DNA of 64,000 bases from Patescibacteria group bacterium (GTDB lineage Bacteria; Patescibacteriota; Patescibacteriia; Patescibacteriales; UBA12465), in NCBI GenBank assembly GCA_028687275.1, contig JAQUAK010000001.1:164213-228212 (forward strand). The letters run 5' to 3'. Made by a program: the position numbers and the translations under genes. Positions 57,562 through 64,000 of the stretch are shown here, piece by piece. Numbering within the stretch: position 1 is the stretch's first letter; every line of letters starts with the position of its first letter. Under the pieces are notes generated by a model. That model was given only the letters and a program-made list of their open reading frames with translations. It was not told the origin of the DNA and ran no database searches.

Positions 57562-59241
57562 ATGCAATGGTTAAATGAAAATTCACGTACATTTTTAGCG
57601 AAAGGTTATTTAAGTCCCGGTTTGAGTGCTGAAGAGAGGATTAGAAATATCGCCGATACAGCTGAAAAGATATTAAAAAAAGAGGGCTTTGCTGATAAGT
57701 TTTATGATTATATGTCCCGCGGTTATTATTCCCTAGCTTCTCCTATTTGGTCTAACTTCGGTTTGAGTAAAGGTTTGCCTATCAGTTGCTTTTCTTCTTA
57801 CTTGGGTGACGACATGGGGCAGATTTTATATACTCAGGCAGAGGTGGGGATGATGAGTAAGTATGGCGGTGGCACGGCTGGTTATTTTGGTGATTTACGT
57901 GGGCGGGGAGCGGCTATTAAAGATAATGGCACTTCTTCGGGGGCGGTACATTTTATGCAGCTCTTTGAGACTTTAGTTAATGTAGTTAGCCAGGGTTCAG
58001 TCCGTCGTGGTCACTTCGCTCCTTACTTACCCCTTGAACATCCAGACGCGGATGAGTTCTTAAATATTGGCAGCGAAGGTAATCCCATTCAAGAAATGAC
58101 TTATGGTGTTACCGTCACCGATGCCTGGATGAAGGAGATGGAAGCAGGGGATGAGAAGAAGCGGGCTTTATGGGCTAAGGTCTTGCAGCGTCGCAACCAG
58201 ATGGGTTATCCCTATATCTTATTTACCGACACGGTTAATAATAATACGGTTGATGTTTATAAGGATAAAAATCTAAAAATAAAGGCTAGCAATCTTTGTT
58301 CAGAGATATTGCTACCCTCTAATGAGGAGTGGTCCTTTGTTTGTGATTTATCTTCTTTAAATCTTTTACACTACGATGCTTGGAAGGATACAGATGCGGT
58401 TGAAACTCTAGTTTATTTTCTAGATGCAGTGATGAGTGATTTTATTAATCGCTTAGAAACCTTGAGGGATGGTGGCAATAAGCAAAAAGAGCAGGCTTTC
58501 CACTTTATGAAGCGGGCCTATGATTTTGCTGTGTCTAATCGGGCCATTGGTTTAGGTGTGCTTGGTTGGCACTCTTTGCTACAGAGCAAGATGTTACCCC
58601 TAGAAAGCAAGGAGGCAGCTCGTTTAAATGTGGTGATCTTTAAGGACATTAAAGAACAGGCTTATGCTGCTTCTAAAAAATTAGCAGCTGAATATGGTGA
58701 GCCAGAAATATTAAAGGGCTATGGTCGTCGCAATACTACTTTGATGGCAATTGCTCCAACTACCTCCTCCGCCTTCATTCTCGGGCAGGTTTCACAAAGT
58801 ATCGAACCAATTTGGTCTAATTGTTATGTGAAAGATATTGATAAGATGAAAGTAACGATTAAGAATAAGGAGTTGACTAAACTTTTAGAAGAGAAGGGAA
58901 AGAATTCAAAAGAAGTATGGGAGAGCATTCGTAATAATGATGGTTCAGTTCAACATTTAGATTTTTTATCTGAAGAAGAGAGGGCGGTCTTTAAAACTTT
59001 TCAAGAAATTGAACAGAAAATTATTATTGAACAGGCAGCTGCTCGACAGGACTATATTGATCAGGGTCAGTCCTTGAATTTGGCCATTAATCCAGATGTT
59101 CCTATTAAAGAAATTAATGCGCTTTATATGTATGCCTGGCAGTTGGGTATCAAGACTCTCTACTACCAGCACAGTATTAATGCTGCCCAGCAATTCGGTC
59201 GTTTGAAAGATTTACAGAATTGCCAAGCTTGCCAATCTTGA
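57562..59241 (+). CDS. nrdA: Class I ribonucleotide reductase alpha subunit, short form without ATP-cone
   Basis: SNLCSEILLP active-site block, PTTSSAF, C-terminal CQACQS redox pair. 559 aa. Confidence 0.9.
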   Translation: MQWLNENSRTFLAKGYLSPGLSAEERIRNIADTAEKILKKEGFADKFYDYMSRGYYSLASPIWSNFGLSKGLPISCFSSYLGDDMGQILYTQAEVGMMSKYGGGTAGYFGDLRGRGAAIKDNGTSSGAVHFMQLFETLVNVVSQGSVRRGHFAPYLPLEHPDADEFLNIGSEGNPIQEMTYGVTVTDAWMKEMEAGDEKKRALWAKVLQRRNQMGYPYILFTDTVNNNTVDVYKDKNLKIKASNLCSEILLPSNEEWSFVCDLSSLNLLHYDAWKDTDAVETLVYFLDAVMSDFINRLETLRDGGNKQKEQAFHFMKRAYDFAVSNRAIGLGVLGWHSLLQSKMLPLESKEAARLNVVIFKDIKEQAYAASKKLAAEYGEPEILKGYGRRNTTLMAIAPTTSSAFILGQVSQSIEPIWSNCYVKDIDKMKVTIKNKELTKLLEEKGKNSKEVWESIRNNDGSVQHLDFLSEEERAVFKTFQEIEQKIIIEQAAARQDYIDQGQSLNLAINPDVPIKEINALYMYAWQLGIKTLYYQHSINAAQQFGRLKDLQNCQACQS

Positions 59242-59277
59242 TTTTAACTAACTATAGTTAAAATAATCATATAAATC

Positions 59278-59309
59278 AGTCCGTCACTGGATAAAGTGAC
59301 GGACTTTTT
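59278..59309 (+). terminator. nrd operon terminator
   Basis: agtccgtcac-tggataaa-gtgacggact followed by a T run. Confidence 0.75.
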
Positions 59310-59431
59310 GATTGCCCATATAACATTTATATAGATATTGGTCAATATTTATTAAATAGTCAAAGCATATTATACTGCAAAGAGCGCATCAGGCGTAATT
59401 TTTTGTCATTGAAGCGTTAAAATATAAATAT

Positions 59432-62173
59432 ATGAATATACTAGATAAAATTTTAGGTGATCCAAACGAAAAAATAATTAAGGGCCTACGCAAAGAAATT
59501 GAGAAAATTAATGTTCTGGAGCCAGATTTTAAGGCTTTGAGTTTGGATGAATTAAAAGGGAAGACGGCTGAATTTAAGAAGCGTTTAGAAGTTGGTGAAA
59601 GTTTAGATGATTTAATGCCAGAAGCCTTTGCTACTATGAGAGAAGCTTCTAGTCGTTTATTGGGACAAAGGCATTATGATGTCCAGTTAATTGGTGGTCT
59701 TGTTTTACACCGTGGTGAAATTGCTGAAATGAAGACCGGTGAAGGTAAGACCTTGGTAGCTACACTTCCTTTGTATTTGAATGCCTTAGAGGGCAAGGGA
59801 GTGCACCTTATTACCGTTAATGATTATTTAGCTCGAGTTGGTGCTGGTTGGATGGCTAATCTCTATTATGCTTTAGGTTTAAGTACGAGTGTCATCGTTC
59901 ATGATGCCGCCTATATGTTTGATCCTGAATATGATGATGAAACTCAGTATGATGAACGTCTGCGTCATTTCCGTCCAATTTCTCGCCGTGAAGCTTATTA
60001 CTGTGATGTTACCTATGGTACTAATAATGAATTCGGTTTTGATTATTTGCGTGATAATATGGCCTATAATCTTGGTCAAACCGTTCAGCGTACTTTAAAC
60101 TATGCCATTGTCGATGAAATTGATTCTATTTTGATTGATGAAGCGCGTACGCCTTTAATTATTTCTGCCCCTGCCGAAGAATCAACTGATAAGTATCAGA
60201 AATTTTCCCAGTTAGTACAACGCTTAACTGAAAATGATGATTATAATGTTGATGAGAAGATGAAGGCTGCCACTTTAACCGAGGGGGGGATTAATAAGAT
60301 TGAAGAATGGCTCGGTATTGGTAATATTTATGTTACTGGTGGCGTTAAAGAAGTGCATCATTTAGAACAGGCCTTAAAAGCTATGGTCCTATTTAAGCGT
60401 GACCGAGACTATGTAGTTAGGGATGATGAAATTATTATTGTTGATGAATTTACCGGTCGCATGATGCCTGGTCGTCGCTATAGTGAAGGCTTGCATCAGG
60501 CAATTGAAGCTAAAGAAGGGGTCAAGGTACAGAAAGAATCACAAACTATGGCCACCATTACTTTCCAGAATCTTTTCCGTATGTATAAGAAGTTATCTGG
60601 TATGACTGGTACGGCTTTAACCGAGGCGGAAGAATTTCATAAAATCTATAAATTAGAAACTGTAGTTATTCCAACTAATAAGCCTAATGTACGTAAAGAT
60701 GATAATGATTTAATTTATCGTGACGAAGAAAGTAAATATGCGGCCGTAATTAAAGATGTTAAAGAAAGATCACTTCAAGGCCAGCCAATATTAATTGGTA
60801 CAATTTCTATTGAAAAAAATGAATTGATGGTTAATTTGATGGAACGTGAGGGTTTGCGTCCACAAATGTTAAACGCTAAAAACCATCAGAAAGAAGCAGA
60901 AATTATTTCTCAAGCTGGTCGTTCAGGTGCCATTACTTTAGCTACTAATATGGCTGGTCGTGGAGTTGATATTATTTTAGGTGGTAATCCAGATCCAAAT
61001 GATCCAGCAGCAGTGGCTGAAGCTAAATTAGAACAAGAAAAAGTTTTGGCGCTAGGTGGTTTGCATGTGATTGGTACTGAGCGTCATGAATCTCGTCGTA
61101 TTGATAATCAGTTGCGTGGTCGCGCTGGCCGTCAAGGTGATCCTGGCTCATCTCAGTTCTATGTTTCAACGGATGATGATTTGATGCGTATTTTTGGTGG
61201 CGATCGTATGAAGGCGATGATGAAGACCCTAAGGTTACCGGCCGATGTGCCCATTCAGAATAAAATGATTTCTAACTCCCTAGAATCTGCTCAGAAAAAA
61301 GTGGAAGGGAATAATTTTGATACCAGAAAACACTTAGTTGAATATGATGATGTAATTAACAAGCACCGTGAATCAATCTATCGTCGTCGTCGTGAAATTT
61401 TAGAGGTGGCTGAAGCTGAGTTAAAGGAAGGCGAAGCTAGTCCGGTGGAACGCTTAGGTGAAATGGTCAAGGCACAGGTTGAGGAAGAAATTAACCGTGT
61501 TGTTAATTTCCATTGTGCGGGCGATAAGGCCAGCGAATGGAACTTAAAAGAGATTGCCGAGACCATGAAAACAATGCTTAGCTCTGACAATAAATTAGAG
61601 AAATTACAAGAATTAGCCGGTGAAGGTAATGATCTTGGTCGTCAAGCGGTGTTAGATTACTTTAAGAGTGAGGCGATAAGAACCTATGATGAATTGGTAG
61701 AAAAATTCTTACAAGCGGGGATTGATTTTGTGGAAATTGCTAAAGGCATGCTCTTACGTTCAATTGATCAAACTTGGATTGAGCATTTAGAAACTATGGA
61801 TTATATGCGCCGCGGCATTGGTTTACGTGGCTATGGTCAACATGATCCTTTGGTTGAATATAAGAAAGAAGCTTATAGAATGTATCATGAATTACTTGAT
61901 TTAGTTCGCCAACAGTTAGTGTATTCAATTTATCGTACCGCTGACGCCTTGCAAATGGCGCCTTCAGCTTTGATGAATTTAAGCCAAAGTGAGCAACCTA
62001 AGAATCTAGTTCTTGAAGGCGCTCCTAAACAAATGCAGAAATTAAGTGAAAAGAGAGACAATTTTGATTTAGTTAGAGACAAAGCAAAAGATGAGTCTGG
62101 CAAAACAGTTGGGCGTAATGATCCCTGTCCTTGTGGCAGTGGCAAGAAGTTTAAGAAATGTTGTGGGGCTTAA
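59432..62173 (+). CDS. secA: Preprotein translocase ATPase SecA
   Basis: MKTGEGKTLVATLP, DEIDSILIDEARTPLIIS, C-terminal Zn motif CPCGSGKKFKKCCG. Confidence 0.97.
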   Translation: MNILDKILGDPNEKIIKGLRKEIEKINVLEPDFKALSLDELKGKTAEFKKRLEVGESLDDLMPEAFATMREASSRLLGQRHYDVQLIGGLVLHRGEIAEMKTGEGKTLVATLPLYLNALEGKGVHLITVNDYLARVGAGWMANLYYALGLSTSVIVHDAAYMFDPEYDDETQYDERLRHFRPISRREAYYCDVTYGTNNEFGFDYLRDNMAYNLGQTVQRTLNYAIVDEIDSILIDEARTPLIISAPAEESTDKYQKFSQLVQRLTENDDYNVDEKMKAATLTEGGINKIEEWLGIGNIYVTGGVKEVHHLEQALKAMVLFKRDRDYVVRDDEIIIVDEFTGRMMPGRRYSEGLHQAIEAKEGVKVQKESQTMATITFQNLFRMYKKLSGMTGTALTEAEEFHKIYKLETVVIPTNKPNVRKDDNDLIYRDEESKYAAVIKDVKERSLQGQPILIGTISIEKNELMVNLMEREGLRPQMLNAKNHQKEAEIISQAGRSGAITLATNMAGRGVDIILGGNPDPNDPAAVAEAKLEQEKVLALGGLHVIGTERHESRRIDNQLRGRAGRQGDPGSSQFYVSTDDDLMRIFGGDRMKAMMKTLRLPADVPIQNKMISNSLESAQKKVEGNNFDTRKHLVEYDDVINKHRESIYRRRREILEVAEAELKEGEASPVERLGEMVKAQVEEEINRVVNFHCAGDKASEWNLKEIAETMKTMLSSDNKLEKLQELAGEGNDLGRQAVLDYFKSEAIRTYDELVEKFLQAGIDFVEIAKGMLLRSIDQTWIEHLETMDYMRRGIGLRGYGQHDPLVEYKKEAYRMYHELLDLVRQQLVYSIYRTADALQMAPSALMNLSQSEQPKNLVLEGAPKQMQKLSEKRDNFDLVRDKAKDESGKTVGRNDPCPCGSGKKFKKCCGA

Positions 62174-62182
62174 TTTGTCTTT

Positions 62183-62617
62183 ATGATTTATCATGAAAAA
62201 CCAGATAATTTTCAAGCTAAGTTCAGCACTGTTAGTTGTTATCTAGAGCATGATACTAATATTTTATTCTTACTGCGCCAGGATTATAAATCTGAAGGTA
62301 ATCGTTGGGGCATGCCGGCTGGTAAGATTGATGAGGGTGAAGATAAATTAGAAGCAATGCTTCGGGAAATTAAAGAAGAGACTGGGCAAGAGCTCTTTCC
62401 GGCTGATGTGGAATATTTGCAAACTGTTTATGTTAGATATCCCGAATATGATTTTATCTATCATATGTTTCGTTCTCGTTTCTCCTTATTACCAATAATT
62501 AAGCTCAGTGCGACTGAACATAAAGATTATTGCTGGTGCACACCTCAGGAGGCCCTCAAATTAGATTTAGTTAAAGACTTAGACGCTTGCCTTAAATTAT
62601 CTTACATGATTGATTAG
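62183..62617 (+). CDS. NUDIX hydrolase
   Basis: Nudix box GKIDEGEDKLEAMLREIKEETG. Confidence 0.8.
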   Translation: MIYHEKPDNFQAKFSTVSCYLEHDTNILFLLRQDYKSEGNRWGMPAGKIDEGEDKLEAMLREIKEETGQELFPADVEYLQTVYVRYPEYDFIYHMFRSRFSLLPIIKLSATEHKDYCWCTPQEALKLDLVKDLDACLKLSYMID

Positions 62618-62661
62618 AAGTTTGTCCTTGTTTTTATAAAAATTTTATCTTTTCTTTATTA

Positions 62662-62763
62662 AAGGGCGGTGGTGTAGCTTCTAGAGCCCTAAAAGAATTA
62701 GAAAAACGTACTGGTAAGTCAGTTATTTCATATAATAAATTTTTATTGAATAAGGAAAAGTAA
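62662..62763 (+). pseudogene. 3'-terminal fragment of a Bro-N/45100-type gene
   Basis: Translates to KGGGVASRALKELEKRTGKSVISYNKFLLNKEK*, compared with KTGGRVAKNARKELEFETGKSVISSKNFLSSKQ at the C-terminus of the 45100-45978 protein. No start codon upstream. Confidence 0.5.
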
Positions 62764-62801
62764 TTGCATCTTCAATTTAAATAAAGTTTAAAAGTAAATA
62801 T

Positions 62802-63437
62802 ATGGGCATAGAACAAACTAATTTTCTCCATATTTTTGATGATACAGGAGCTGAAAAGAAGCTTGATTCTTCTGATTCGCAGGCCGAGATTATTAAGGAA
62901 GATGTTCATATTGAAGATATATCAAATGAAAAGAAAGAATATTTAATTTCCGAAGCTTTAATTAATAGGGAGGAAGAAATAAAAAAAGAAGCTGAAAGAA
63001 GTTTAAAGCGCTTACGTTTAATACAAACAAACGACGACATCCCTTTAGCCTCATTTAAAGATATAATGCCAGAAATTAAGGCTTATGAAATCCGCTTATC
63101 AATGCTTCGAGCTGCTTATAATAGAGCTGCTCCAGGAGAGGATAAACAGAGAGCTTATTTAGTCTTAGTTAGCCCTGAAATAAATGATGATGAAGCTTAT
63201 CGCGATAGTGCCCGTCTTTATTTTAAATATTTAGAAGCATCGAAAATAGATGCAAAACAGCAAGCAATAATGAAGAGTAAGAAAACTAAAGGAAAGAAAA
63301 AGACTTTAGCTAATGCGCCAGTTAAGCCAGAAATAGATAAGACTGAAAGAGAGATTGAATCGGGTGATGATGTGAATGATGCACCCGATCCCTATGGCGA
63401 TATTTATCCCTATAGCCGTAAGTGGCGTAAGAATTAG
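62802..63437 (+). CDS. Highly charged (Lys/Glu-rich) hypothetical protein
   Basis: ORF only. No motif recognised. Confidence 0.45.
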   Translation: MGIEQTNFLHIFDDTGAEKKLDSSDSQAEIIKEDVHIEDISNEKKEYLISEALINREEEIKKEAERSLKRLRLIQTNDDIPLASFKDIMPEIKAYEIRLSMLRAAYNRAAPGEDKQRAYLVLVSPEINDDEAYRDSARLYFKYLEASKIDAKQQAIMKSKKTKGKKKTLANAPVKPEIDKTEREIESGDDVNDAPDPYGDIYPYSRKWRKN

Positions 63438-63471
63438 TTATCTAAATTAGTAAAATAAATTTTTAAATATT

Positions 63472-64000
63472 ATGTCTTCAAAACAAGATACAACAGAAAC
63501 TCCAGCCTTAACTTTCCCAGAGGCAGAAGAGATGGTTCTTAATTTTTGGCAGGAGGCTCATATCTTTGATAAGTCTTTAGCCAAAGAATCACCGCAAGGG
63601 GACTATGTTTTTTATGACGGCCCTCCTTTTGCTACGGGGACACCTCACTATGGTCATTTGGTTGGCAGTGTCATGAAGGATGTTGTTCCTCGTTATCAAA
63701 CTATGCGCGGTTATCACGTGGAACGTAAGTGGGGTTGGGATTGCCATGGTTTGCCGATTGAAAATATTGTGGAAAAAGAGCTAGGCACGAAGAGTAAGAA
63801 AGATATTGAAGAATTAGGTGTGGGCAAGTTTAATGATTTGTGTCGTTCTAAGGTTTTAACTTATGCGCAAGAATGGGAGAAGGTAATTACCCGCCTTGGT
63901 CGTTGGGTAGATTTTGATAATGCCTACAAAACCATGGATCTAGATTACATGGAAAGTATTTGGTGGGTATTTAAGCAGTTATGGGACAAGGGGCTAATAT
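63472..64000 (+). CDS. ileS: Isoleucine--tRNA ligase, 3' end cut by window edge
   Basis: ATG at 63472. [17 protein letters not shown] (HIGH), WDCHGLPIE. Frame is open to the window end and is not in the supplied ORF track. Confidence 0.93.
   Translation, partial: MSSKQDTTETPALTFPEAEEMVLNFWQEAHIFDKSLAKESPQGDYVFYDGPPFATGTPHYGHLVGSVMKDVVPRYQTMRGYHVERKWGWDCHGLPIENIVEKELGTKSKKDIEELGVGKFNDLCRSKVLTYAQEWEKVITRLGRWVDFDNAYKTMDLDYMESIWWVFKQLWDKGLI

Noticed and set aside
1-64000. Alternative genetic code (UGA recoding, as in some CPR lineages)
   Set aside because: Long conserved genes are intact under code 11. TGA terminates nrdA (59239-59241) and the DUF3160-like gene (25634-25636) at positions consistent with homologue lengths.
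1-64000. CRISPR arrays, rRNA genes, integrases, transposases, reverse transcriptases
   Set aside because: I scanned the intergenic regions and the ORF list. No spaced identical repeats and no recognisable recombinase or RT motifs were seen. The islands are therefore called decayed rather than active.

Overview
This is a low-GC bacterial window that uses the standard genetic code; TGA acts as a stop at the ends of nrdA and the DUF3160-like gene. Gene content and the style of its surface proteins suggest a small-genome Patescibacteria/CPR-type organism, but that is inference only. The housekeeping backbone is ligA (5' partial), gatC-gatA, typA, ung, holB, frr, rseP, hpf, nrdB-nrdA, secA and ileS (3' partial). 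The accessory material falls into five groups. (1) A tRNA-Sec-like gene with an 8/4 cloverleaf and a GAU anticodon lies at 2032-2118 on the minus strand. (2) An intact tRNA-Ser(GGA) at 4690-4779 is followed by about 12 kb of accessory modules: a Fic gene, a very AT-rich five-gene operon (argS, archaeal-type SAM synthetase, kinase, phosphatase, TylF-type methyltransferase) and a MacAB-type efflux operon. These modules are separated by direct repeats that resemble tRNA 3' ends, and no integrase is present. (3) A TetR, adaptor and RND efflux unit follows. (4) An AT-rich glycan locus (flippase, methyltransferase, four glycosyltransferases, gmd/fcl, WbaP-like initiator) sits next to two large secreted repeat proteins. 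(5) Fragments of a Bro-N family gene are scattered through the window. No CRISPR array, rRNA, integrase or transposase was seen. All folds, motif calls and coordinates of small features were done by eye and may be off by a few nucleotides. Family assignments rest on remembered motifs, not on searches.
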